64,000 nucleotides of DNA, from the NCBI RefSeq assembly GCF_032062105.1, contig NW_026923075.1, positions 62,001 to 126,000 on the forward strand. Reading direction: 5' to 3'. The stretch comes from Saccostrea cucullata (lineage: Eukaryota). Below, piece after piece: positions 25,471-39,291 of the stretch. A program made the translations under genes and the position numbers. Within the stretch, counting starts at the first letter, position 1, and every line of letters begins with the position of its first letter. The notes beneath the pieces are model-generated. The model saw only the letters and a program-made list of their open reading frames with translations, made no database searches and was not told the DNA's origin.

Positions 25471-26172
25471 AAGAAATTGCCCGATGCAATTCCTTTTCTT
25501 TTAAGACGATGTTGCTATGTTTTATCCACAATATCCGTTTGATAATAATGTATAGAAGATTACTTCTTTTCCAGTGGGAATCGATAACTTTTTGTCGACA
25601 GAATTGATCTTTTCGGATAGTAATTGATTTTTCTTAAGTTTTCCTGATGGCAGGTTCCTCCTTGTTATTTACATATACTGATGCCAGACAATCAGTTCTG
25701 TAGACTAAGATGTAATGATGTGTACAAAAAATATACGTTCTCTATTTGTCTTTCAGTGTCATCAGTGTTGATATAAAGAAGAAAAGAAAACCATTGTTAT
25801 GTTTTTCTTTATTGTGGTTTTGTGAATATAAATCAATTTTAAGGAATAAGGGACTGTATATCTTTGTACAATATGTTTCAGCTGTGATATTGCATTTTAA
25901 CAAATACCTTTTAAGGCAATTTTTGAAAATGTAGTTTGTCTTTGCCAACCATATTAATACAGCATAATTACGTTTTGTGTTTTAGTAATAATTAAACAAG
26001 ATCAAGGAATGGAAATGTATTGTTTGTTTTTTTTTACACTGTACATCATTTAAACATTAAATAGAAATCCTATTATAGGTGTTCCAAATATAAATAATAT
26101 CATTCTTCGATGAAAGATTTGGAGTGTACACAAACTGCTTCATCTCAGTTGATATTGCACATGCTCTCTTCA

Positions 26173-28588
26173 TCATTCATTTGGTTCCACAATAAAAGGT
26201 CTATTTAGGATTGTTGCAAATTCTAAAACAAAAATTAATAACGTACATTTGTAAATACTTCTTTCAACAGTACTGGCTTCTCGTTCTATTCTCATTCTAT
26301 AACAGTTAAATAGTTATGCAGATATAAGGTACCCACCTTCAAGGTTGATCCTGCCGTCACTGTCGAGGTCCGCGGTTTGGAAGAATTCGTCTACTTCCTC
26401 GTCCGTGATCCCGTTCTCTCCTCGTTGTAGGATCTCTTTAGCTTCATCCATAGAAATGTATCCACTTCCGTCCTTATCAAAAACTCGGAAGGCTGCCTTC
26501 ACCATGTCCGCTTCTTCGTCGTTTGAACGCATTCTAGAGGGTGCGCATTGTAAAAACTGCTCAAACGTGATCACTCCATCTACAAATATGCTTAGACTTC
26601 AAAAAAAATTATGCTTTTGGACAAAAGTTTTTAAGGAAATTTAAGAAACTGGGTATGACTGAAGATCGCCAACCAGTAAAAATAGAAACTAAAAGACATT
26701 TTGCGTCATTGTATCGAACCATAAAACTTGCAAAATAATGATTTCAAACGAGACTGTTGATTTCTTGTTCCATCAACTTGTTGTTGAATGACTTGCCTAG
26801 ATTTAAAAATTGATCATACGTCGAGCATGTTCTTGCTTATCGAATCAACTGGGAGACATAATCTCCATATACAGGTGATAAGGGTAATTAGCCATATTAA
26901 TAACGAAAGTTGACGATAGAAATGTTGAAGTCATCACGTTTATCATCAAGTTTTGTTGTTAGGTTACCTGAAATCTCTTTTCTGGTTTAAAATCCAAATT
27001 TGAAACAGATGCGACAGACTCTTTAGTATCTCTCATTTCAATTTCTCTTGGCATATCAAATCGACATATGAATGAAACAAACTATTGTTAATTGATTATG
27101 CATCGTCGATATATTTAAAAGAAGTTGATGGCCACAGCAAATGTTTATTTCTTCTCATACAGAAGTTTCTTTGATAATACAAAAACAGGTCTGCTAATAA
27201 AAAGTCGCAATTGATACCAATGAAAATTCTAACAGATTGTTGGTTTTCCTCTCTTTTTATGTACTACAATGAAGTCGGGATGACTAGTAAACTTTTTTCT
27301 AACTATATTGCTGACTGATATTTTCCGTAAAGTTTTCCAGAGCATGACAAAAGCACATAGCAAGTGTGGCCGGTCGGCAAGAATTGCATTCCTACATTGC
27401 ACCTGATCCCACCTCTGGCGTTCTGGAGGCCTCTGTTTGCTCTGCTCCAAGTTTGTATTGTCTAAACGGGTTTTAAGCTTGAATATTGTTCGTTATTTCC
27501 ATATTTCATTGGTNNNNNNNNNNNNNNNNNNNNNNNNNNNNNNNNNNNNNNNNNNNNNNNNNNNNNNNNNNNNNNNNNNNNNNNNNNNNNNNNNNNNNNN
27601 NNNNNNNNNNNNNNNNNNNNNNNNNNNNNNNNNNNNNNNNNNNNNNNNNNNNNNNNNNNNNNNNNNNNNNNNNNNNNNNNNNNNNNNNNNNNNNNNNNNN
27701 NNNNNNNNNNNNNNNNNNNNNNNNNNNNNNNNNNNNNTCTTCCAGAAGTTCTTGCACGTCTTCTGGTGTGGGGTTTTGGTTCATTGCTTGTAGAACTTTC
27801 TCTAATTCACTGGCGTCAATCTCTGAATTTCCATTTGTGTCAAATATGTTAAACACCAGTTTCAATTCTAAAAGTATACATTTGAGATACAGTTTTCAAT
27901 ATTCCTGAAGTAATAAGGGTGATGAAAATATTGAAGTTGGTTAATGTACTACTTTTGAAAAATAAGTGTTATAATTATTACCTCGAAGTTGTTCTTCCGT
28001 TAATTGTTCAGCCTAAAAATGAGAACAATGATATTAGACGGAGAACAGAATTAATTAGGGAGAAGGTTTGGGAAGGGATGGTGTGGGTACGGAGATTTTG
28101 GTTTAACGAGACAGTGCTCAGTAGTGAATTGAAAACAAGTACCACCGACAATGTCGAAATTTTCCCGGTGTCCACTGACTTTTAAATGTCACTTTATTTG
28201 TATTCCCGTTATGAATGATCAGTGTTTATGAAAACGTTATTTACTTTGACTGATCTTTAGTTTAAATATCTAACAAAGTGTTATAAATTGGGACTTTTAC
28301 TTGAGCTAATTGTGCATCAAAAAAACTTTCTTAAACGAATTCTTCTATCGAAACACACTTTAAGGACAATTTAGCATTGTAAAAGTTTTTTATTCCTTTA
28401 TATTATAGCTGCCTGTAATAAAAGTACTTTTTCTTCCCATTATCAAAAAATAAATGAAATAGTAAACAGCTATTTTTTTTTTGTCTTGTAGGCAATTATG
28501 AAAATAAATTATTTTTTCTTAAGCAAAAATTTACAATTAAGCGAGTAAACAAAAAAAAATCTGATAACTTTAAAATCATCCTTACCAT
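26173..28588 (-). CDS. Calmodulin-like EF-hand protein B (exon 3 end hidden in the assembly gap; C-terminal extension)
   Basis: Exons 28586-28588 (ATG|GTAAGG), 27982-28012 (AEQLTEEQLR, like CaM ADQLTEEQIA), 27867-(gap 27737) (ELKLVFNIFDTNGNSEIDASELEKVLQAMNQNPTPEDVQELLE), 26337-26579 (...KAAFRVFDKDGSGYISMDE...DLDSDGRINLE) and 26173-26222 (EFATILNRPFIVEPNE*). Confidence 0.87.
26690..27510. mobile_element. Penelope-like element fragment with a 5' inversion, in intron 3 of calmodulin-like B
   Basis: About 26690-27245 is RT C-terminal coding sequence on - (QQSV..INCD.LLADLF...DDKRDDFNISIVNF...VSQLIR...SRLKS). About 27300-27510 is the contiguous 3' end on + (gctgactgatatttt...cacctgatcccacctctgg...ttgttcgttatttccat). 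Confidence 0.75.
27514..27737. other. Assembly gap (224 N)
   Basis: Run of N. Confidence 1.
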
Positions 28589-29137
28589 GACTGGTTGCAA
28601 AATCTCACTCTATAAACCCTGTGATAGCGACTTCCTGTCCTGGTAACCACGAGAAACGATTGTCGTCTGCAAGTCTTGATCACGCAAATCTATGTAGACA
28701 CCAAACACAGATCTTTAAGAACTTTCGATTAAAACAGGTTCATTACAAGATAACGATCGCTGCCGATTTTTTCTTCTAAGGTTTTGTTTTGATTTATCTG
28801 TTTTCAAGTTGTAAAACAATTCAATAACAGATATTTCTTGTTTGGGCTAAAATGATTCCGTGACTATTGTTCAATATTGAGGTATAACCAACACGAGGGG
28901 CAAGCTTCTAGGTAATTGTTAACGGACCTCTCGACATTGCAACATATCACTGAATACAATACCTGCCTCTTTGAATAACGTGTATAAGGAATAACCATTG
29001 ATTGTTAATTCCTGTATACAGGTCCTAACATTCCAGTGGGATAACCAACCGTTAAAAGAGTCAAGGAGAGTAAGGTTTTTGTAATATATCCAAGATGCCT
29101 CATTGAATTTTGTAGAAATACATACCAACCACTTTAA

Positions 29138-29349
29138 GGAGGCTAGGGGGTCAACGAATTATTTTTTATTAACCACCAGATATACCTTAAATTTTGGGAT
29201 ATGATATCTTTAGCTGTCAACTATCATTTGGAAAAGAAAAATTTCATAAATTTTAGTTTTAATCATTTTATTATATCTTTGTATGGAGCTCTTAATTCTT
29301 CTACAGGAGGTCAAAATAGTCTAAAAATGGCCACAACCACCCAGCCCCT
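29138..29349. mobile_element. Kolobok-like (TTAA-target) MITE, family 1, copy 1
   Basis: ttaa|GGAGGCTAGGGGGTC ... ACCACCCAGCCCCT|ttaa; near-identical copy at 47757-47983. Confidence 0.75.
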
Positions 29350-29799
29350 TTAAAAGATTCATATTGAATTAAATTTCATTAATCAATGAAGTCTTCAAAA
29401 ATCCTGTAAACAGCTAGAACATTCAGTATGCTCCAATGATTTTTGTTTTACCATCATTGTAAATTATTTATTCTTTTTAATCAATTTTCTAAAATTTACA
29501 AAACTAAATATAAATGGATGGGGTGGGTTAAAAGTATACATATTGTCAGCTGGTTCTAATGCTTAGAAAAAAATAATTGAGACTTTAAAATTAAAGAAAA
29601 TTTATCTAAAGTATTATATGTATAATAGTAATTTAGATCTGATAATGTTCACATTCAAATTGCTGTGATAGTTTCAAACCAGAAGTCTCTGTCGAGACTG
29701 TAGCTCTACTGGTTTGTATTTACAATAAAGAACGAGAAAAGCAGTTGGGACTTAAACTTTACAAAAGCAATAAATAGAATAATGATCCTTGATTAAGTC

Positions 29800-30505
29800 T
29801 TTAATACTATGGCAACATAAATCATCAAAATCAAAAATACAAAACTGATAATTATGTATCTCAGTGTATTCTGCTTGCATGCCAAATCATATTATAATCT
29901 GACTCAAACTATATTTGGAAAAGCATTTTGAAAGTATTTCACAGAATTTTCTATTCTTAGTAACCAAGGCAACACCGTTCATCAAAAATAAAAAAACTGA
30001 CACACAGAATTATGTATCTTAGTGTAATCTACTTGTGTGCCAAGTTATATTGAAATCAGACCAAAACTGTAGAAGGAGTAGCATTTTGAATGTTTTTCAC
30101 AGAAATTACTATTTTTAGTAACCACGCCAACACCGTTCATCGAAATCAAAAACCGATATACACTGTACAGAATTATGTATCTGAGTGTAGTCTAGTTGTG
30201 TCCCAAGTTATATTGAAATCAGACCAAAACTGTAGGAGGAGTAGCATTTTGAATGATTTTCATAGAAATTTATATTTTTAGTTACCACGGCAACACCGTT
30301 TATAGAAATAAAAAACGGATGCAAAGAATTATGAATCTTAATGTAGTCTACTTGTGTGCCAAGTTTTATTGAAATCAGATCAAAACTGTAGGAGGAGTAG
30401 CATTTTGAAAAACTGTTTACAGACGGACAGAAACCTAGACGGACGGACGACAGACGCATTACTATCGCATAAGCTCTTCTGGTCTCTGACCAGTAGAGCT
30501 AAAAA
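29800..30505 (+). mobile_element. Helentron-type element with about 3.5 tandem ~170 bp repeats
   Basis: Repeats of caacaccgtt...agaattatgtatct...gtgtgccaagttatattgaaatcagaccaaaactgtaggaggagtagcattttgaa, an ACAG/ACGG microsatellite (30419-30457) and a terminal hairpin agctcttctggtc-tct-gaccagtagagct followed by aaaa. Confidence 0.8.
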
Positions 30506-30745
30506 TGAATTTATATTTATTCAGATCTTTTAGAAATTTCAGTAATAATAACAGAAAGGAACATCCAACAATCTTTTTTTATATGATGCCGCTTATATAG
30601 GTCACAAAATGTAAAGTAATTGTAAAAAAAAAATGTCAAATTTAAATATTTCTTTGACATCTACGGTGAAGTTTTCATTTCCTGTCTTTAAATTCTTTAA
30701 TTTTGATTTATTACGCAATACTAATTGTGTGGTATAGTTGTATAG

Positions 30746-30772
<27 letters not shown>

Positions 30773-30778
<6 letters not shown>

Positions 30779-32235
30779 CCTTACAAACAAAGAAACATTG
30801 CGTGTTCCAGTAAATGTTCAACCAAGCCTCTTTCTTTACTCCTCACTAAGATATCAACAGTAGTGAAGGAGAAACTTCAAGAGTACTGTGCAACAATATA
30901 TTCAAGAAGTGGTGTGAATCAGATGTGGATACTCTAAAAATTTCAAAGAGCTATTGGCAAAAAATATTGACTTTCATCGTTTTAAATCAAACTTCGCACG
31001 TTTTAACGAGCTTCAAAATATTTACCATAAATAGCAAAGTAATAAACGTATTAAAATTGAAATCACAAGATTTTACCAAAATCAACAGCTTAAAAACGTA
31101 CGACTTTTCAACTTTATACACAACCATTCCCCACGATAAATTAAAGTCCAGGCTTTTCGATATCATTGACAGCTGCTTTTTCAATAAAATGGAACTCGAA
31201 AATTTACTTACCTTGCCACTTGCAAAATTATTTTGTTAAAACATATTCGGATTGCACATACAAGTGCTCTAAAGTTGACATCAAAAAGATGCTTGCGTTT
31301 CTGATTGACAATTTTTATGTGGGTTTTGGAGACCATGTCTTCAAACAATCTTTTGGAATCCTTATGGATACCAACTGCGCTCCGTTATTAGCAGAACTAT
31401 TTTTGTATCCACATGAAGCAGAATGTGTGCAAAATCTTATGCGTGAAAAAAGAAAACACTTGCTGTGGCCTTCAACTAGACATTTAGATATATCGACGAC
31501 GTACAATGTACTGACAATTAACAATGGTAATTTCCATTCCTCTGTCGATACGATATATCCCGGAGAGCTTGAGATAAAAGATACCACAGAGTCTAACACA
31601 CCTGTTTTATACTTGGATATTTTACTTGAAAAAGACATTAATGGTAATCTATCAACCAAGCTCTATGATAAACATGATGACTTTAACTTTTCTATCGTCA
31701 TCTTCCCTTACGTATGCAGCAATATACCTTCATCACCTGCATACGGAGTTTATATATCTCAGTTGATTCGATACGCAAAAGCATGTTCTACGTATGAACA
31801 ATTTCTAAAAAAAAAAAAAGTAAATTATTGACAAACAAGTTGATGAAACAAGAATATTAGCAGTCTCGTTTAAAGTCATCATTTCGTAAGTTCTATGGTT
31901 GATACAATGACCTTGTCAGCAAATACAATTTATCATTGAGTCAAATACAGACTGGCATTTTGTATACTAATTGTTAGTCCATTATTAACAAACTGAATTG
32001 ACGACGGATTTTCCCTTATTTCCCGATCATGACAAAGAGCACAAGTCGGTGTGACCGGTCGGCAGGGGATGCTCACTCCTCCATGGCACCCATCCCACCT
32101 CTGATGTTTAGGAGGCCCGTGTTTGCTCTGACCCTATTTTGTATTAGTTTAGTTTAAAATATATTTTATTCATTGAATTGGATTTTGCATTGTTTAATGG
32201 ACTTTTGAGTTTGAATACTGTTTGCTGTATATTTC
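30773..32235 (+). mobile_element. Penelope-like retroelement, 5'-truncated, frameshifted RT plus 3' UTR
   Basis: SKCSTKPLSLLLTKI...SRSGVNQMWIL, KTYDFSTLYTTIPHDKLK, FLIDNFYV.FG..VFKQ..GI.MDTNCAPLLA, RYIDD, YP.ELEIKDTTE, LYDK.DDFNFSIV.FP...SNIP.SPAYGVYISQLIRYA: PLE-type RT motifs with several frameshifts. Confidence 0.88.
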
Positions 32236-33320
32236 AATGAAGCAGTTAAATCATATGTTATGACATACCAGGTAATATATACAATTCTTCAGTGTCATCG
32301 TTGGGTATGTTGGTCGCCTTCTAATGTATATCTATCGAGAAACCTCTATGAATATTGAATTACTGTGTACACGTGCTGTTTCACTGTAACGTTTTGAAGT
32401 ACGATATGTTGAGAACCTAATGTTGAAGCAACAATTTTCTATGCAAAACTAAAATTCACATCACAATGTATCGGGAATGCTTATAAACACTTTTAAATTA
32501 CCAGTAATTCCTCAATGGTTTAGATTTTGTTTTTGAAAGAAAAAAACGCCTAGTTTATAAGAGCTGATATTATTATTCCAATGAGTTCTTTGACTTTGTT
32601 TTTAGATAAAATCATTTCGTAAAGGTAAATGTATCCCTCTTGATTTTTTTTTTTCAGAATGCACAGTGCATGGTAGCAACTAATGTAAGTTGGCTGTTCT
32701 CTTCTTCTTTTCTGATAACAAGTGTACATCACTGATGCTGCAGAAGAAACATTTCTGAATTGTAACTAATTTCAATAATATTTTTCAATCAGTACATAAT
32801 CCAAACCCAAGGGAAATAACTCTGTGTGTTCTTTATATATCAATGTACATGTAGAAATGGTCATCATAAAAATAACAAATTTGGTTCACTTTTTTCAATC
32901 TTGGTATAAAATTGGCGAGTAGATGATTGAAAAAAACAACAAAAGGAAATATTATATACAAGATAAAGTACAATATACAATTCATATAAAAAAATTATAT
33001 TATTTACGAAGCAAGAAAACCTGAAACACATAAATATTCATGACATTAAAAGATACATCATGTTGATTGTAGCATTTTTTGATGTAGAACAGAAATATTC
33101 TCTGCATAAATACACTTCAAATATGAAACCGTAATTGTAGCACTTGACTGGTCTCGTTGATGTAAATTTACACTGTTGTATCAATTTTGTAAAATCATAT
33201 CCAAAGTTACAGAAGTATACTCCAAGGGATGCAAAAGGGTATTATTTTACCTGCGGAATCCTGTGTTCCTCCATCGAAAGTCACAATAAAAATCCCGTGT
33301 ACAATGTTTCAGGAAGCAGT

Positions 33321-36300
33321 TTAATCCTGCATCATTCTTACAAACTCTGAAATAGATTTTTTAAAAAAGGTTTAAATTGTCTACATCACAGTTTACGAAT
33401 TCAGTTAACTGTTTCACTAATCATATTGGCTTTGTTATCTATTATTTATTTATAATTTTAATTGATAGAGATTTTTTTCGAAGTCCAGAAATATTTAGGA
33501 ATTTAAATCTTTCTGTCTATGTTGGCGATATTTTATTTAAATGATTTGTTGAATTTCAGATTGACAATAATTTTATAGTTTTTCAGATCAAGTCTTCCAA
33601 CAATCCCTCAGAATTCCCATGGTTCCAATTGCGCCTCTTTTTTAGAACTTTGTGAAACAGAATTCATTCGAAAATTTCTGCTTGAAAAGAAGAAGTCTCT
33701 CGCTTGGTCTTCAATAAGAAATATCAACGACGTCTCATCTATGAATAATATTCATTTTTGTTTCCACTTTGATTCAACATATCCCTTTGACGTGAGATAG
33801 AAAACACCATATAATCTGAAGTGTCTGTTTCATAATTAGATATTTACTACTAAGAGGCGTTCGTGGTAACTTAACAAATACTTTATGATTAACGTGATTA
33901 CCAACTTTTCCATTAACTTCCTGATTAATGAGAAATATATCATATCACCTGCATATGGAGCTTATGTCTCCCAGTCAATTTGATACAGAAGAGCAAGCTC
34001 TGCATACAAATAATTTCTGAAACGAGGCAAGCTAATCACAAATATGTTGATGAAACAAGGATATGAACAGACTTATTTTAAAAAGTAAACATTTTGCAAA
34101 TTTTATAATCAATATAATAATCCTTGTCAGCAAATACAATCTATCATTAATTGTAATGTTGACTGAATACTGATTGTTTCCATACAAATTGTACGGTAAT
34201 TGTTTTTACACTGAAATGTTAATGGATTTTATCGTTTACCAGATCATGAAAAAGAGCACACAGCAGGCGAGACCAGTCGGGAGGAAATACTTACTTCTCC
34301 ATGGCACCTGATCCCACTTCTGATGTTTTAGAGGTATGTCTTTGCTCCTGTATTGTTTCAGTGGACATTTTAGTATGCTAACTATTAGTTTTCTTCATTA
34401 ATGTAACGATACCATATTAAATTGATATTTTTGTCCATAGAAAGTGTTTTGGTAGCTATAGGTTTCTTCTTCTATTTTTTTTTTTTTGGGGGGGGGGGGG
34501 GGGTTATATGGTTTTTCTTCCTAGGTTTTACCTGTCTTGACTCTTTGTTTGTTATTCAAACAAACCCAGTCAGGAAAAAAATCAAGTAAAAATATTTTAA
34601 TCGAACAGTCAAAGTGATGTTTGTGAACGAATTTTTTTTAATAAATGCATATCATAAATGATTAAAGTGGATAATATATTTCATTTTTTTTTAGAAGGGA
34701 TAGCAGTTTGCCGATATCTCTCATCCTCGTTCTTTGCCTCTTTGACTTTGAACCTTAAATTATTACCTTCGTAATCAATCTTTCCGTCTTTGTCTAGGTC
34801 AGCCGTTTTAATCATGTCCTCGGCCTCTTCCTGTGATAGTTTATCCCCCAATTTCATCATGGCTTCTTTTAGTTCCTCTGCGTCGATTTTTCCACTGCCA
34901 TCTTTATCAAACAATTTAAAAGCGTCCATCATCGAGTTTTGGAATTCCTCCGGATGCTTATAATTTTCAACCATGTATTTTTCAAACTCTTCATATTCTA
35001 TTTTTCCATTACCTTAAACAATAGAACGCTATTAATAATTACAGGTTAGACACATGAACTAGATAAAATGTGTTTGTAAAACACTGATGCCACCTTGTGG
35101 CAGTTCATGGCAAATGTATAAAATATTTCAAAACTGTATCAATGAAATAGCAAAGATTAAAATCTTTCAAAACTATGTCAAAGTCATGAAATGTTAAAGC
35201 ACCAATCACTCGCAAGTTACCCCAGTTTTTTTCCACCCACAAAGTTTGTAAAAACTTTTGTTGTTAAAACAAATATTTTATGGTTTATACAAATATTTGC
35301 AATCTGTCTTTGGATTAAATGTTGACTGATTTTCATACTGTATTATCTGCTTATTTCTCCGTTTATGTGATCATGTCTAAGGACACCTGGCGGATGTGAC
35401 AGGTGAAATGGGGATGCGTACTCCTCTATGACACCAGATTCCATTTTTGACACCTGTGTTCGCTCACAAACATTTGTGCCTGTTAACTATTCGTTACATG
35501 CATGTTTCATTCATAAAAAATACTTTGAAATTTCTTCAGTACCCCACAACTCTAACAAGCAACCGTTTGCAAGCATGAATAAAATGAAGGTTAACCCTCT
35601 TCCAAAATTATGACAAAAATCGTGAATCCGATGATGTGGAGTAAGCCCAAGGCTAGGCAAAACTTGTTACATGTTGAAAATATAGCCTTCCAAGTGAATT
35701 GTGAAATCCGTGAAATTGCTTGTGAAATCCCCCTGTTAAAGAGTAGGGCTAAACGGAACCTATGAGCCCAACATATGATACAGCTAGTCAGCATGTTTTT
35801 TTTTTTCAGATTTTATTTTAACCATCACCAAGATTAAAATCCAAAAAGTAACTGGAACTCTAATCAATAGTCATTTTCTAAAGTAATCAACAGACTTATA
35901 TCTGCTATGAACTTAATTAATTAATGAAGTAATTACCATCAGTATCTAGGCGCTTCATTAGTTGTTGTACCTCTGCCTTGGTTGGGTCTTGTTTAAAAGC
36001 CCTCATGACAGTTAGAAGTTCTCGGGTGTTGATATAGCCGCTGTTATCTTTGTCAAACATGTTGAAGGCATGTCTGAAGTCTGGAAAAATTATACAGTGT
36101 AAGACCTTCTGAGTCTAGGTATCATTTAACATTTTCTTATACGTTCTAATATGCACTTTATGATTAAAAAAAAACATTGCTTCCGTATTTATTAGATATA
36201 ATCTCATTGTCTGATAACAAATTTCTATATTGTCACAAAGGTTATAAATATTGATTCTGGTATACCCTATACACAATGATATTGTGACTCCCAACAAATA

Positions 36301-37079
36301 TTCATCATCAAAATGACAATTGCTTTTTTCCTTGCTGTTTTTATTTGATATTTGTATTTCATTATTAATTCATATTCATTAAATATGCATTTAGATATCC
36401 AAGATTTCAGAAGCCCTAAAGAATTCTAATTTTGAAACATTAGATAACTATATGTTTTTAATCTGATAAAACACACAAGTGTTAGATCTATTTTCTTGAT
36501 TGATTGAAACAGTCAAAACGTACGCATTTTTAATGATAAAAAAAAAACAAAGTAAAGCAGAGTTGATTTTAGAGACAAGGATAACTAAAATTGATCTTAC
36601 ATCCTGTCTCAGTAACTTTCATAAATAATTTCTATGTGTAAAATTCTAGGACGAAAAAACTTTTTTTCTGTGCATGAATAATTTACAACTTAAAAGAAAA
36701 TTCAGTAATATATACAGCAAATACAACTATGTATAATAGTAGAGAACCGTGACAAAAGTCAATCAATAATTGCATCCGGTATTTCGGAAAACTATAAACG
36801 TTGCAATTAAAGAAGATATGAATTAAACTTCACCCTTTTGAATACAAAAAGTGATATATGTACCTTTCTTTTTCTCCTCTGACAACCCACTCTGTAAAAA
36901 TGAAGCATAATTATGACCCTAGCATGGAAAAAAATACAAACATCAAAAATAATTTATTTCTTCATTTATATATAAATTTGTGTGACATCAACGATTAAAT
37001 AAACTATGTCAAATTCCTATTTAAGTATGTTACCTGAAATTATGAGTAGTCGTTAGGGTGAAATGGAATCGCTTACCAT
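33321..37079 (-). CDS. Calmodulin-like EF-hand protein C (148 aa)
   Basis: Exons 37077-37079 (ATG|GTAAGC), 36864-36891, 35937-36080 (144 nt), 34767-35012 (246 nt) and 33321-33346 (TAA). Protein MSGLSEEKKKDFRHAFNMFDKDNSGYINTRELLTVMRAFKQDPTKAEVQQLMKRLDTDGNGKIEYEEFEKYM...[15 protein letters not shown]...DLDKDGKIDYEEFVRMMQD, with four canonical loops. Confidence 0.93.
33530..34400 (+). mobile_element. Decayed Penelope-like element (RT C-terminus + 3' end) in intron 4 of calmodulin-like C
   Basis: attgacaataatttt...caagtcttccaacaa...cccatggttccaattgcgcc, atatcaacgacgtc, tcacctgcatatggag, ccatggcacctgatcccac. Confidence 0.75.
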
Positions 37080-38065
37080 GGTGTTTGTTTCAGGACAACA
37101 CAGGTTCTCTCAGGCTCCGAGCATCCCAATCAATGTCAAACAAACACGTCTCACCGAGTATCTGCTGGTATTTCCAGTGGTATTATACGCCACATTGGGC
37201 TTTTAAGCTAAATAACGGTCTCCATGCTTGTATTACAGAGGATGGTATCATCAAATGAAATCTTGTTTAATATTGACGATAAGGGGATATTGCATGGAAC
37301 GGTAAACTTTCCAGACCTTTAATAAAAGATGTTAATGGTATATCGTGTATTTGTAAATATTGAAGTACTCATTCCATGCATACCTGATTTTAAGTCTATC
37401 TATATCCGGACTATGATTGAACTACAATTAACCTTGCTTGCTTTATTTTTGCTGGACTGGACACCAGCTAATTTTTCTGAGTAAATTTAATCCATGAACC
37501 TAAGAAGTTTTTTTTTAAGAAAATGTTCATTGTAGTTTTAATATTCTTTAAAAATTGTGCAACAAAAGAGACATTGGAGTTCTTAAAAAAGAATCCTTTG
37601 GTGAAGGATCTGTCAGCACATTTTGTCATAGAATGTATTGTATTCCAACATTTCCAGGATATTTTGATGGATTTTTTTATTGCATTGCATATAATTTGTA
37701 TGCATGCTTAAGATGCAAAGACTTGCATATGTAGACAAACATAAATTTTTATGACAACAACATCTCTCAGTGCAGTCATTCATTCTATTATAATTAGATA
37801 AATAATCTATCTAGGAACTATTATCACATCTGGTCTCATTCCGGGTGTTGAATAAAAACACCTTGTTTGAATTGAGTTGCTAAGCTTTTTTAGGAGTAAG
37901 ATTCAATAGTAGTTGTTAACATCAAGTGAGTTGTTTCGGTTTAACTTTCCATAACTGTTACAGTAAAATGAAATAAAATTAACGGACTGGGATTGCTAAT
38001 AACACATACACTGTCTTGTAAATTTTGTTTCACTTTTATCTGTGATTTTCGATGTTTAATGTTAA

Positions 38066-38734
38066 AGGAGATGGGTGAACATGACGTGAGATAAGCCCAT
38101 AGCGCAACAAACATGACGGTGAAAAATATATCAAAGTTTTCCTTAATATTTCATCTCTCATTAAAGTATACTTTATATAAAATGTCTACAACTTACCCAA
38201 ATCTCATGAAGAATGAAGTTATTTGCCAATGAAATATGATATGAGTGGGTCTTCTCTCCATTTCTTGAAAGTTAATCCTCAAAGTTTGCATAGAAACATA
38301 CATATTTTGGTTAAAAAAATTATGGAACATAGACCAACTATACCTTAAAAAGATAGTTTTATGACATAACTTTTGTATCTTTTCAAGAAATACTTGAAGT
38401 CCCTTTAGTCAATGGTCATATCACAAATGTGATTTAAATGCCACAATTCATCAGGACTTGTGTAGCGTAGTGGTTAGCGTGCTAGTCTCAACAGAGAATG
38501 CAACTTACGATTTTCATTGCCAGGGTTCGAACCCAATGGATACCACATTATTTTTTTTCATATAAAAGAATAAATTTTAACAAAAATTTTTCCTCAAATT
38601 TTTTTGTTTATCATGATTTCATAAAAATCAATGATGAGAACATTACTTTAAATACTACATTCATAATTTGAATATGATTTTTTTATATATCTGAAGCTAG
38701 TGGGCTTTCTGCACGCTAAGTTCACCCATCTCCT
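38066..38734. mobile_element. Kolobok-like non-autonomous DNA transposon, family 2, copy 1, with an internal tRNA-like A/B box segment
   Basis: ttaa|AGGAGATGGGTGAAC ... GTTCACCCATCTCCT|tata. A box TAGCGTAGTGG at 38463-38473, B box GGTTCGAACCC at 38524-38534. Second copy at 48794-49542. Confidence 0.8.
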
Positions 38735-39291
38735 TATAAGGAAACAGAGATAAAGGTAGATATGTTTCTTTTTTCTGAAGTATCAGCATTTCAGAGGATA
38801 TTGTAAACTAAGGGTCACTTGTTTTGACCACTCAGTAATTCTTCTGCTTATGGAACAACAGCGATAAAGCCAAAGGTTAGTCTTCTTGGGAAAAATACAT
38901 ATAGTTACTTACCAAAAAAACTAACAAATCTATGTTTTACATCAAGCATCTAGTATGAAGTATGTTTATGTATATTACAACATATGTCTAGTATAAAGTA
39001 CTAGTATTTTATTTATTACATCATGTATGAAGTTATTACAAAGATTTTTATTTTTTATAATAAAGTACATTGTAAACACATTGTAACGGTTTCTGTGTCT
39101 ATTTAGGCCTCAAATATCATGCATTAAACATATTATTTTGTTGGATCAAACTGTCATTGAAAGTACATGTATATAGTACACAACATATTTGAGTCATTGT
39201 TCAAATAAATCATAAAAAACAACTTGTTCAAGATGGACGGATGTTCTTTCATTTTAGCTGCCTCTATCTGTAGACTTTTAGTAGAAGGTTT

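Noticed and set aside
25460-29130. Additional very old LINE-like fragments (about 25460-25960 and 28850-29130; also about 37300-37900 and 41000-41400)
   Set aside because: Only vague resemblance, with no diagnostic motif I could confirm.
33241-33256. 3' UTR intron donor (CAG|GTAAAA on -) in calmodulin-like C
   Set aside because: A single motif with no identifiable acceptor; it cannot be supported without transcripts.
38455-38548. tRNA gene (also 49253-49352)
   Set aside because: A and B boxes are present, but the acceptor stem does not pair and there is no sensible anticodon arm. Both lie at the same position inside a transposon.
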